A DNA stretch of 64,000 nt from Phyllosticta citribraziliensis. Its lineage: Eukaryota. A program made the position numbers and the translations under genes. The stretch lies in contig NW_027117349.1 in the NCBI RefSeq assembly GCF_038025025.1, forward strand, positions 682,001 to 746,000, written 5' to 3'. Shown here piece after piece: positions 46,562 to 58,904 of the stretch (position 1 is its first letter; the number at the start of each line of letters is the position of its first letter). The notes under the pieces are model-generated. The model worked only from the letters and a program-made list of their open reading frames with translations. It searched no databases and was not told the DNA's origin.

Positions 46562-48496
46562 ATGCCAAACGAAGAACATGAGCTCCGCTCCCTCTCCTCC
46601 CGGTCTGACACCGACAGTCATGACAGCCTCGAGCCCACGGTGACCATGCCCTCCGACCTGCGAACCGACCCCGACCAGCACGCCCTGAACCGCCGCACCG
46701 TCCGCAAGATAGACTTCTTTGTGCTGCCCTGGTGTGCCTTGCTCTTCCTCTTCAACGCCCTCGACAAGTCCAACATTGGCAATGCCGAGACGGCCCACTT
46801 CACAGACGACATCGGCATTGCCAAGGAGGATCTGAATGTCGCCGTCGGCCTCTTCTACTTCTTCTTCGTCTCGCTACAACCCGTGGGCGCTGGTCTGGGT
46901 CGGAGATATGGCATGAAGAGATGGGTCCCTGGGTGCATGTTTCTCTGGGGCTTTTGCACTGCTCTACATGTCTGGGTGCACTCAGCCTGGCAGCTGTACA
47001 TTTTGCGCATCGCGATAGCAACTCTTGAGGGTAGGCGCCCTCGCAACACACAGTACGGAATTGGCCTTTGACTTTGAAGCTTAGCCGGGTTCTATCCAAC
47101 TACCGTTACCTATCTCTCGCTCTTCTACACCCGCTTCGAGTTTGGAAAGCGCATCGCCATCTTTTATGGACAAGCTGCCGTGGCTGGAGCCTTGGGTGGA
47201 TTAATCTCCTGGGCCGTCTTCAAGGCTTTTCCAGGAGACAAGCCTGGAGACCTACCAAGCGCAGCTTCATCCTCGTCATGGCACTCATGGCAAATTCTCT
47301 TCATTCTTGAAGGCTGCGCGACCATGATTACGGCCTTCGTCAGCTTCTTCTGGCTCCCAAATCGGCCAAAGAATGCCTGGTTCCTCAGCCCCGAGGAGAG
47401 AGATTGGGCCGAGGAGCGAATCCGCCAGGACAGAGACGGGGAAATCCTTCAGGTGCGGGGAAAAGGCTCGCCGTCACCTACACCAGATCCCGAAGACGTC
47501 GAATCCACTGTCGAAGCTCAAGAAGCCCAGGGTCTCTTGTCTCAACGCAGTGGCCCTACCTTCCATGCTCCGTCGCCCGCTAATCAGGTCTCGGACCAAG
47601 GAATTACCGCCCATGATGTGCTCTCGACAGTGCTTGACTGGAAGATTTATTATCTCCTCGCGTGTAACATCCTCTCGGCTGTCCCAGCGACTGCGTTTCC
47701 AATTTTCCTGCCCATAATTCTCTCGCCATTATCCACGACGCCCGCTCTCGCAAACCTCTTGTCTGCTCCACCATACGTCTTTGGCGCCATAACCCTCTTC
47801 GCCTTCACCGCCTGGAGCGACCGCAACCGCAACCGCACCAAACCCATCCTGATCTCGCTAACCATCGTCCTCGTCGGCTTCGCCGGCACCATCCTCCTCC
47901 CCTCGGCTCCTACGCCTGACGCGACGACGACAACCGCAGACGCGGAGCTCCCTCCCGACCCGCACGCGCTGCTCCGCTACCTCTCGCTCAACGTCCTCCT
48001 CGCCGGCACATTCATCGCCTCGCCGCTCACCGTCACCTGGCTGACCAACAACTTCCCCTCGCCCGGCAAGCGCGCCCTCGCCCTCGGCATCAACGGCTGG
48101 GGCAACGTCGCCGGCGTCATCGCCTCCGCCCTCTTCGCGCCCACCCCGCTGAACCGCGCCTCCGGCTACCGCGCCGCCTTTGCCTGGTCCGCGGCCCTCG
48201 TCGCCGTCGCCCTTGTCGGCTTCGCTGCTTTCCGCGCGCTTCTGCGCCGCGAGAATGAGACGAGAGCCCGCGTCGTCGCTGCGTGGAGCGAGGACGAGAT
48301 TGAAGAGGAGCGCTGCAGCGGCACGGGGCCGCTGCGCTTGAGGAGTGGCGCTAGCGCGAGGCGCGTCGATGCGGCGCTTGATGCCGTCGACGCGTGGCCG
48401 CTTCCTGGTGCTGCGAGAGTGGCAGCGTGGGTGCGCGAGTGGCGCCAGGCGCCGAGGCAGGGCGACGAGAGGGTTACCTTTGCATATGGGCTGTAG
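46562..48496 (+). CDS. MFS transporter, allantoate/anion:cation symporter-like
   Basis: VRKID..VLP...LFNALDKSNIGNA, EAGFYP...YLS.FYTRFE.G.R, WQILFILEG and AWFLSPEER. Intron about 47031-47084. Confidence 0.9.
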
Positions 48497-48705
48497 GTAG
48501 ACTCTGCCTGTCTATCTTTCCGCCTGGCTTCAGGACTGCGGAGAGACGCAACGAGCCGCGCCGCCGGGTTCGGCGTCGAGTGAATGGGGTGCCCATAGCG
48601 GCTTGTATTGTACTCTCAGCCCTGCTTTCCATGTACTGCATGACATCTGCATCATCAAACTAGTACTTCTTCTCCATCTTGGACGTCATAGTGGGTGTAG
48701 AAAGA

Positions 48706-48848
48706 GATGAGACTCCCTAGGTCTAGATGCGGCAGTGAACGGATGCTCCCTAAGCGTGGATGTACTAGTCAACGAATGCTCCTTAAGCGCGACTGTAGCA
48801 GCAGATGAATCCTCCCCAAGTGTGACTGGAGCAGTGAATGAATCCTGC
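48706..48848 (+). repeat. 33-bp minisatellite (same family), ~4.5 units
   Basis: CTCC core at 48713, 48746, 48779 and 48812, e.g. AACGAATGCTCCTTAAGCGCGACTG. Confidence 0.82.
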
Positions 48849-49638
48849 ACTCATATTGCCAGGAGGTCTGTCGCATTTCCTTCGGCACCCACTGTGACGT
48901 AGCCTCATCTTCGTCGAGGGAGCATTCTGGACGCGTCGCTCAGAGGGCCAAAAGAGGCAGGTTGTTCAGAGTGTGAATTCACCAATTTATGGCTTGATAT
49001 GCTCCATTGCTCTGTTCTCTACCTGACTCCCCATAACGCCCCGCCGAGCTCGCGCTCACGCCTGTACCGCATCGAGGAACCGCCGACACCAAAGGTACAA
49101 ACACAGTACCGCGTAGTTAACACTACATCAAACCACCTACGTGTATGAGGGGAAACGCAAAACGCAAAATAGGATGATAATGTACAATACAAGTCAAAAA
49201 GCACAAAAACTAGACCGCGAATAATGCAAAAAAGGGCGTGTGAAGGGTATCAAGTATATGCGCGAGAATATGTGCGATGGTGGTGGGACGGAGGGGAGAT
49301 ACTACTCTACTAGACCGACACCATGGCCGGCGCCCAGCGCCGGGATAGTGTGTACATGCGTGTGTGATGGTCAATGGACGAGGGCAATGGATAGGAACTT
49401 GCGTAAAGATACCAAAACCAACGACCGCAAATGCTAATCCGGGAAACAGCTGAACAGCATGTGTCAGGTGTAAGCGACGAGAGTCGAGAGTGAGGAGGGG
49501 GCCCAGTGTCGTGTGTGCGAAAGGAGGCCCCCAAAGCGACGAAAAATGATAGATTGAGCTACGGAGGAGAAGCGAGCGAGTTGGCAGACAAGGCAGAACG
49601 CGATCTGACTCAGCCAACGAAGGAGAGGGGCTGGTTGC

Positions 49639-51573
49639 TCATACCAGCACGTAGAGAGCGCACATCTGTAGACAAAAGAGGTCAGCGCACGTCAGACGAG
49701 CTGGCAAGGGAATGTGGCGTGCTGAGTTGAGGCTGCGTGTGGCACATGAATCGGGGCTCTTTTGTTGAGGCAAGGAATCGACTGCATGCTTGCCGGAGTC
49801 CACGTGTGCCACGAGTGTATTCAGACCGCATGCGCAAGGTAAAAGGGAAATGACTTACCAGACTGAGCCCCAAAATCATCGAACACCAAAAGAAGACGTT
49901 GTTCAACAGCTTGCGCGGCCGCATGAAGGGGCTGTGCTGCACCGCAACAATCGGTATTTGCAGCATCATGCAGATCGCACCATATCCGCGCAGCTTCTTG
50001 GTGATGCAGCCCATGACGAGCTCGTGTGCCAGCGCGCTGACAAAAAACGTGACGAAGACGGCCAGGGGCTTCGAGTATTTTCTGCTGGTCGCCATGTAGA
50101 CGTGCCGTCTGAGGAAGTGGTGCACGGGCTTGTTCCACGAGCTACTAAACGCGCCAAAACTCGAGCTGTTCCACCAGTCGCCGTAGAATTGTCGGTCGGC
50201 GAAGCGGGTGACCTCGGCGAAAGCACCGAGCACGTACTCGAAAATGACGAGGAAGACGAGGAGAAAGATGATCATGAATGGAAAGAGAAGGCGGGAGATG
50301 GTCTCGGCCAGGATCAGTGCGCCCTCGGAGAAGTCTTGCGACGTCTGAAGTTGCTCGTCGGCGATGTCAAGGACTGGCATCACATATTGCTCCGTGATGA
50401 AGGTGAGCAGAAAGATGTTGCCAAAGACAGCGAGGACCTTGTAACAGACTTCGGACTTGCGGATGCGAGGAGTTCGTGGGTATTCGAGTTCGTAGCAAAG
50501 TGTCGGGCAAAACAGGTAATCGATGTAGTTCCTCGCGGTAAGATTCTTGGGGTAGCTGACATTGCCCAATGGTGAGACCAGCTCATGAGCAAGGTCGTCC
50601 CGGAGCTGGTCCAGATCCTCCGCATTCTTTGAGAGAATCCTTTTCTTCTCCTCTGGCGGGGTCAAGTCTGAAAAGTGTTTCTCTGGGCTAGGATACTTGA
50701 TGGCGGCGTGCAAGGATGCGTTTTCGGGGTTGTCTAGTTCTTGAAGACGGTGACGAGTCTCGCTCAGGTGACCGTTGTAGAAGGCGTACGAGTGCATCTT
50801 CATGAGGAGGACTAAGAAGTGTAGCGTGAAAAATACTTGGGCTGTCCAGGTCCACCCGCGCGCAAATGGCCTGATCGAGTAAGTCAGTGGCGCCTCAAAA
50901 TGAAAGTAGTCACATACCAGATGGTCCAAAAGAGCAGCCAAGTAATTTGGTACACGCTCTGCACGAGCATTCCCTTTTTTCTCCAGCGGAGCTCACCCTG
51001 ACTGCTATCGTACAGCTTGTGCAGTGGGAGGCTCACGGCCGTAGATGCCACCATGGCCAGATCGCTCAAGGCCATTTCCCAAATGTTGGCAGTGAAAACG
51101 CCCCACTGCCGAACCTTCCACGGATAACCCGTCTCCTTCATGCTCCTCAGCATGTTTGTTATGACGATGATTGCCAGACCGATCCAGAACAGAACAAAGA
51201 AGCCCCGAAAATCATGGTAGTCGCTCTGAGGGTCGAAATGTGATACGCGCGAGGTATATTCAATGGTAGGAAACAAACGGCGTTTCTGTTCGGCGCGAAC
51301 ACTCTTGCGGACGAAGTAGGTGGCTTGAACCGATGGCGGCGCATCTTCTGGGACAGGCGTGGAGCGGCCACTACGTTGACGGTCAGCTTTAGGCTGCAGC
51401 TAAGGCGAAACGACGAGTTGTAGAAAATACCTTGGAGGTTCTGATATTGAAGCATCTTCATTCGCGGCGCGCAGCACCTGAGGATTGCCAGGTTTCCGGG
51501 CTCGTGGCTCCACGACCTCGAGCTGGGAGGCGTGGCCGTTGAGAAGCGGTTGGGACGAGGTTGTATAAGACAT
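49639..51573 (-). CDS. ARE2: Sterol O-acyltransferase (MBOAT, Are1/Are2-like)
   Basis: MKMHSYAFYNG, YLFCPTLCYELEYPRT, FAEVTRFADRQFYGDWWNS, WNKPVHHFLRRHVY, SALAHE and last exon MCALYVLV*. Confidence 0.93.
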
Positions 51574-52076
51574 CACAGTGCTTTGCGCCAGGTCCAGGGC
51601 GGGTTGCAGGAAATGTCGAGGAGAAGAGCGAGTATTTGAAGCTCCATGCAAGCTGACACGGAGTGCAACGGAAAGGAGGGCGTATTATTAGAGGGTTGGA
51701 GACGGAGGGCCACGGATCACTGAAGAGTCGGTATACAAGGAACGGCCCCGAGCCATCGTCATCAAAGCGTTAGGGGCGTTCGCGCGGAGGCGGAAGTGCG
51801 GGACGCCGAAGGGTCCAGCATCTAAGGTTATCTAATCTGATGGCGCCAGACCGCTCGTGGACTAGGCTGCCAAGGCCGCTACATCTCCCGCTGGCCGCTC
51901 GAGGAGACACGGAGCTGGCGGCCTGCCTGTGTCCACCAAGAACATGTCCCTCCGCTGCATGCATTGACTTGAGCCCTCCTCGCTTCCACGCCGCTCCCAC
52001 CTGCTCTCCTCGTCCTATCCGTCTTTGCTTTGCCCTCCCTACCTGTGCCCCACCCGGGGTCCGTGACACCAGCACA

Positions 52077-54882
52077 ATGAGCTCTCGTGAGTAGAGCCTC
52101 TTGTCTTGGCCATGACGCCGCTGACCACCGTGTCCATCCAGTCAAGCAATTCATCCGCAACGTGCGGGCTGCAAAGACCATTGCCGACGAGCGCGCAGTC
52201 GTCCAGAAAGAGAGCGCTGCCATTCGTGCCAGCTTCCGCGAAGAAAGCCACGATTCCAACGTTCGGTAAAGGACACCGCCTGTGTCGGATCAAGCTTGTT
52301 GCTGATTCGCCTCAAAGGAGAAACAACGTTGCCAAATTGCTATACCTCTTCACCCTCGGCGAGCGCACACATTTTGGTCAGATAGAATGTCTGAAGCTCC
52401 TGGCCTCGCCGCGCTTCGCCGACAAGCGACTGGGGTACCTGGGCACCATGCTGCTGCTGGACGAGAACCAGGAGGTCTTGACCCTGGTGACCAACTCGCT
52501 CAAGAACGACTTGAACCACCCCAACCAGTACATTGTCGGTCTGGCCCTATGTACACTCGGCAACATCGCGTCCATTGAAATGTCCCGGGACCTCTTCCCC
52601 GAAGTCGAACAAATCCTGTCCAGCGCGAACCCTTATATCCGCCGAAAAGCTGCCCTTTGTGCCATGAGGATATGTCGAAAGGTGCCTGACTTGCAGGAGC
52701 ACTTTTTCGAAAAGGGAAAACTGCTCCTTGCCGATCGTAACCATGGCGTCTTGATCTGCGGCCTCACATTGGTGACGAGTCTGTGCGAAGCAGACGAGGA
52801 GGAAGACGACGAGCTTGGCGTCATTGACATGTTCAAGCCGCTTACGCCCCACCTCGTCAAAATGCTCAAGAGTCTTTCGAGCTCAGGGTATGCGCCTGAG
52901 CACGACGTCAACGGCATCACGGACCCTTTCCTCCAAGTCAAGATTCTCAGGCTGCTCCGTGTCTTCGGCCGCGGTGACGCTCAGAAGAGCGAGCAAATTA
53001 ACGATATTTTGGCGCAAGTAAGTTTACTTTGTGTAAAAAAAGGCTATTGACTGACATGCTAGGTCGCGACAAACACCGACTCCACCAAGAATGTTGGCAA
53101 TTCCATTTTGTACGAAGCGGTTCTTACCATCCTGGATATTGAAGCGGATTCGGGTCTGCGCGTTCTCGGCGTCAACATTCTCGGCAAGTTCTTGGCCAAC
53201 AGAGACAACAACATTAGATATGTCGCTCTCAACACTCTCATCAAGGTCGTAGCCGTGGAACCGAATGCTGTCCAGAGGCATCGCAACACCATTCTCGATT
53301 GCTTGCGGGACCCGGACATTAGCATCAGGAGGAGGGCTCTAGACCTCAGCTTCACGCTGATCAACGAAAGCAACGTCCGCGTTCTCATTCGGGAACTGCT
53401 GTCTTTCCTCGAGGTTGCCGACAATGAGTTCAAGCCCATAATGACGACTCAAATCGGTATTGCTGCTGATAGGTTTGCTCCGAACAAGCGATGGCACATA
53501 GATACGATGCTTCGAGTCCTTAAGCTGGTAAGTTCAACGTCTGCACTTTTCGCAAATTCTCTCTAAAACTGTCCAGGCCGGCAACTATGTCAAGGAGCAA
53601 ATTCTCTCATCTTTTGTGCGTCTTGTTGCAAACACCGCGGATCTCCAAACCTACACTGTCCAAAAACTCTACTCGGCACTCAAAGAGGACATTACCCAGG
53701 AAGGCTTGACTCTTGCAGGGTCTTGGGCCATAGGAGAGTACGCCGACGCATTGCTGCGTGGCGGGCAATACGAAGAGGAGGAGCTGGTCAAGGAGGTCAA
53801 GGAAAACGACATTGTGGACCTTTTCGAAACTATACTCAACAGCAACTACGCTGGCCAAATCGTCACCGAGTACATCATCACTGCCGCGATGAAGCTGACG
53901 ACGCGACTTTCCGACTCTGGACAAATAGAGCGTTTGAGGCGGCTCATGCTGAAACACCAGACTCACCTGGATGTGGAAATTCAACAGCGAGCGGTCGAGT
54001 ACGGCAATCTTTTCGCATACGACTCCATAAGAAGAGGAGTGTTGGAGCGGATGCCGCCGCCGGAAATCCGAGAGGCACAGCGGGTGCTTGGAGAATCCAC
54101 AAGCAAGAAGCGGTCGTCGAAGCTCATTAGCAAGAAGAAGCCCAGCCAAGTCACGGAGCAAGACATGCTCCTCGACCTCATGGGAGGCTCTGATGTGCCT
54201 GGACCCTCTGCTCCAAGTACTACGAATGGCTCTCAAAACAATGCCGACCTGCTCGCCGACATTCTTGGTGGTGGTGGCATGTCATCGCCTCCCCCGCAAG
54301 CCACGTCCCCACCTGCTGCTCAATCCAACGTCAACTCTATCATGGACCTTTTCAGCAACAACAGCGGCACCACCACTCCCCAACCGCAGCCTGCAGCTGC
54401 TGCACGACCTCCCCCGTCCGCCGACTTGTTTGGTGGTCTCGCATCGCCTCCTCCAGCCGCTGCGACCCCGCCACCAGGCAACGCCGCACCTGCTCACGAG
54501 GCGTACAACAAGAACGACCTGCACATCACACTCCAAGTGCAGCGCAGTGGCAACAGCGCTCAAATCCTGGCACGCTTCCGCAACGCCAGCAACTTTGGAC
54601 GGCTGACCAACGTGACGCTCCAAGCAGCAGTACCCAAGAGTCAGAAGCTCCAACTGCAGGCCATTAGCAACAGCGACTTGGACGGTGGAATGGAGGCAAT
54701 GCAGCAGATGAGGATTGCGGCTGTCAGCGGGGTAAGTTTTGTCCCTGGCACCTCTGACTGGATAGGTACTAACAGATTTTGTGTAGCCTCTTCCAGGCAA
54801 GCTCCGCCTACGTCTACGTGTTGGATACTCAAAAGAGGGTAACGCAGTCATGGAGCAGGTCGATTGGTCGGAGCCGACGTAA
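52077..54882 (+). CDS. APL4: AP-1 adaptor complex gamma subunit
   Basis: [62 protein letters not shown] hinge motifs and ear-domain [13 protein letters not shown]. Five GT-AG introns. Confidence 0.96.
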
Positions 54883-55904
54883 GGTCAAGTGTGCCGCTGT
54901 TTGATGGGAAGACGTTTGCACGAGGACTTGAGAGACGAGCGTCTTAGCTGCGCCGGCTCTATCGCCTCACGCATTTTCGACTGCTTGGACGACGACGGCT
55001 TGATGGATGGACGGCGCACCAGCTAGAGCCGCAAAAGCTCTTTCGCGCGCACACACGGCAAGGAGGGCAAGGCAGGGCATAGAATGGCGCGGGCATTTCA
55101 GAAAAAAGCTTTTTGCGAAAAGATGCCGTCGACACACTTACCTACTCTACTACTTACTTCTCTTCGACCCGATGTTAATGAACTGACTTTCTTTGCTTAT
55201 GTGCGCGTCTTTTCTTGACGGCCTGGAGATGGGTGATGAGCTGTCTGTTCCTCTCGTGTTTGGTCACGTCGACATATCTCGCACCTCAGCAGCCGCGTCG
55301 TCTTGAGAATCCAATCGGCCGACCATCTGGTAGGTAGCTTGCCTTTACGCCGTCGTGTGACTGCGTAGTTGCGCCGTCACATCGTGGTCCACTTTGACGT
55401 GCAATCAGTGTGGCCGCCTCGGCCCCGGTGTGCCAGTGCCTAGGGGCACTTCAGCATCTACGTGGGAGGGTGATGAGGACCATTCATGAGCTCCGTCTTG
55501 CCCTTTGCGTGCCGCAAGTTTGGCTGTCCGGCCTCGTGTTGTCTCGCTGTCTCGCTGTCTCGCCGGCGCTGCTGTAGTGTACATCTCCGTCCTGGCCGGC
55601 GGCGTCCCTTGGCCGCGCATCATCCTGTGGACCTGCTCGCTCGCTCTACCTTTCGCGACACGCTCTCCGCAAGAAGGTGCTGCAGCATAGCTGGATATTT
55701 CAAGTCGGGTCTGCGGAGACTCGTGACTCGCTTTTGAGTGCGCCGCTGGGCGAGAGCTCAAGGGATTCGGCACACTGCCGGATCTTGCACGTCCACTACT
55801 GCCAGAGCGTTGGCTGTCACGCGGGGAGGAGTCATGAGAGAGTGCGCAAGTTGGAGAAGGGCTTTTGTATTGATGGTTGGCTAGCTACGTATTCGAGACT
55901 AGGA

Positions 55905-56021
55905 GATCAAGGGCAAGGCGAAGACGAAGGCGAAGAAGGCAGAGGCAGAGGCAAAGGCAGAGGCAGAGGGAAAGTGGAAGGCAAGGCAAGGCAAGGCAAA
56001 TGTCAAAGTCAAGTTCAAGTC
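55905..56021 (+). repeat. Purine-rich simple repeats (GGCARA)n / (GCAAG)n
   Basis: Direct reading. Confidence 0.7.
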
Positions 56022-56871
56022 ACAGTTGCAAGTACCATGTAGCGATCTTTCTTTCAAATGCACCCGGCCCGCTGCGATCAAGTATTCGCAGGAGCCAGGT
56101 GGTAGTGCGCCAGACCATCCGAAGCGAATTACTCGCGGTCATTGATGTGAACCTCCATACGGCCACCGAGAGCCATGATGGTAGGGGTCTTTCAGCTCCA
56201 ACCACCCTGCAGCAGGCCAAGGCAGCGAGTGCCTGTGTCGCCGCTGGGGTCTCCCCCAGCGGCGAAGGCCCACTGCAGCTGATGCGCGCCGCCCACCACG
56301 AGTGTCGACCACTTCCACCTCCTGTTGGACACACCGCCACCCAGCCATCCGAACTCCGGCCCAGGCGAGGAGGGCGAACGCCCCCAAAGGGGTATTTTCG
56401 GGGAACGGATGTGATGGCGTTTCCTCAGGGCTCCATGGTCGATTCGCTGGTAGGATTTTGGGATGAAGAGAAAAGGAAAGGTTGGGAGGAGGGAGAGGAG
56501 GCTTTTATACAGAAGACCTCTGGTCTGTGCTCGCTCGCAGGCGCTCGCAGGCGCTTCGCTTCGGATGGCGCCTGTTGGCAGAAGTTGAGGCCGCGGGCGC
56601 TGGCCGATGGTCTTCCGCGCTGACAAGTGACTGCCATGCGTGCCGGACGACCGCCGAATGAGATGGCTTGTTGCTCCTAGCGAGAGACACGTCTGCCCAA
56701 GGAACGGTGATACCGATTCGTACATTGCCTGAGCATATCCATCTGCCGCAGGACGTGGTGTTGAGATGTCGACAGCGCTGGAGTGCTCCCAAGGGTCTGC
56801 CACGGTGTGGACGACAACTCCGCATGTGTGCCAAACGAAACAAAAGACCATGGGTCTTGCTGCAACAACGA

Positions 56872-56958
56872 CTGGGTGCTCCATAAGTGTTACTAAAGTA
56901 GCCTATGGATGCTCTTTAAGTGCAACTGCAGCGGTGAATGAACGCTCCCTGAGCGCAC
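56872..56958 (+). repeat. 33-bp minisatellite (same family), 3 units
   Basis: GCTC core with CTC at 56879, 56912 and 56945. The last unit ATGAACGCTCCCTGAGCGCA nearly matches the 21.7-kb array. Confidence 0.82.
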
Positions 56959-57007
56959 TTACATTTCCAGAAAGTCTCACATCTTTCGACAACTCCGGTA
57001 GCTCTTG

Positions 57008-57212
57008 AGATGAATCCAAGGTGCCAGAAAATGTGTTCCTCTTGATACACACAACGGTGTGATCCTGGAACGTAGGGGCCCTTGTACCAGCCCGGCTTAG
57101 GGTCTGCGATGGTGTTGATTGAATGCTCGCCAGATGCGACCAAGGTGCCAGAAAATGTGTTTTTCTTGGTGTGTGATTTGGGAGCATTCGAGTCGTTGTA
57201 CCAGCCCGGCCT
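57008..57212 (+). repeat. Degenerate ~120-bp tandem duplication
   Basis: CCAAGGTGCCAGAAAATGTGTT at 57016 and 57140; TTGTACCAGCCCGGC at about 57082 and 57196. Confidence 0.85.
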
Positions 57213-58904
57213 GGATTGCTGAGTCCTGAAAGGCGACTGAGTTCCCTCGCCGGCTGGCAAAAGTCACAATGGTTTAAAAGCCGGGGGCAAGCCTGGATTG
57301 CCTTCCTCTTACATCCTGTGATATGAAAATGGCATATACCGTGGTATCAAGATGGGGATCGCCAAATTTGGCGCAAAAGATCTACTCCAGCCCTGGCTGT
57401 CTTAAAGTGCATCTTGGAGGAATCTCGCCCACGCTCTTTGTCTCTCTTCCAAGCAGCGGTTGGCTGAAAAAGCACTGTGGTTTTTGCACATGGCGCCTAA
57501 GTGTCATGTTCAACATATTTCCGAGCTCGACGTCGTCATTCCTAGGAACAAAGTGTCAAAGAGTGAGGCGACAAGGAGCTTCTCGCACTACCTGTAGTAG
57601 GGCGGTCTCTGTGGCAGTAGTCTGGCGCTTGCAGCCGAGGAACGATTTTGGCAGGTGACAGCGAGCGGGAGAGCGTTGCAGGCTTGCAGCATTTGCCTTG
57701 GCAACCATGTGGCTAGTACCGCTATGCATCTGCCAGTTTGTCAGCCAGATGTAAATTCACAATATAGAATCTTCGCACCATGAACGCGGCTCGGTCACGC
57801 CGAAACTGCCGGGGTACGTCATGTCTCAGGAACGACGGTGCATCAAAATCTCTAGGACCGATTGGAATCGAAATTTGGAGGAGGAAAGCTGCACAAAACG
57901 TGGAGCGTTCAACAACACGTACGCCATTACGGTAGCGCCAAGGAAAAAGCCAAGGATGTGGTGGCCAAGACGGGAGCAGCAAAAGGTTGCGATTAGTAAA
58001 CACGGACGAAAAGTCAGAAAACATGACGATACAGTGCAAAGCCAATGCAGGCAAAACACGAGCGAGCGGAAAAGTCAAGACGATTGAGGGTTTTCGCCGC
58101 ACTTGAGGGTGACCTGATATGGGATACCGTAGTGCTGAATGATGGAGGCCAAGCAATTCAGCCTCTCTGAGATGCGGCGGTGCCGTGGACAAAGACCGAG
58201 AGAACGGTGTCGTCAGCCGGACCGGATATCGCAGGAAGCGTCACCGCTGGGCGAAAGGAGGGAAATCGACGGTGAGCTGGCGCATCAACAAGCAAAATGT
58301 TTCGACCTCATGGCCTCGTGCGGTCGGAAAAGTCCGCGCCGGCCAGGCAGATGCAAACGCCCCAAAAAGTCTGACTCTGCTAGCGGCCAAGGTTTGCTCT
58401 GGACCCATCCTTGTTCTTGTTCAGGCTCGACGTCGTCTTCGTGTGCTTGGGCGAACGAACAGCACGAGAGGAGAGGTTTGTGGAAGCTGCAGCTGGCAGA
58501 TGGACGTCACGACGTGCCAGTGCGACGGGGGGATGGCGTCTTTGGCGGGCTCCAGTCAAGCTGCAAGCAAGCAGACCGAAGCATCCATGGCAGCGGTTGT
58601 GTAATTGGGGCTGCTGAGTCATCTTACTGCGGAGGCTGCTGTAGACGGACCCGAAGTCGCGGGCGCCGTCCAAGTCATAAGCGGACTCGCGCCCTCCATC
58701 TTGTACCCTGGCCCACGGCTCCACCCCAAAGAAATCACCTCTATTGATCCTGACGGCATGCGCCGCCGTCTTTTCAACTCCAGCACCCTTCTCAACTCGA
58801 CGCCTTTGTGGACCATTCCATTGGACTCGCAAATCGCCCACCGGGCTCGCGGAGAGCTGATTCCGAATCCTCCGTCTTAGGTCCTCCAGCCCTACACCTT
58901 GACA

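Noticed and set aside
6202..50575. Long antisense ORFs overlapping real genes (e.g. 6202-7089, 37524-38345, 49790-50575)
   Set aside because: Shadow ORFs caused by GC-rich codon usage of the sense genes.
54900..58880. ORFs of 110-250 aa in the APL4-TF interval (e.g. 55877-56623, 56192-56884)
   Set aside because: Non-ATG starts, low-complexity or random composition and no motifs. Probably non-coding.
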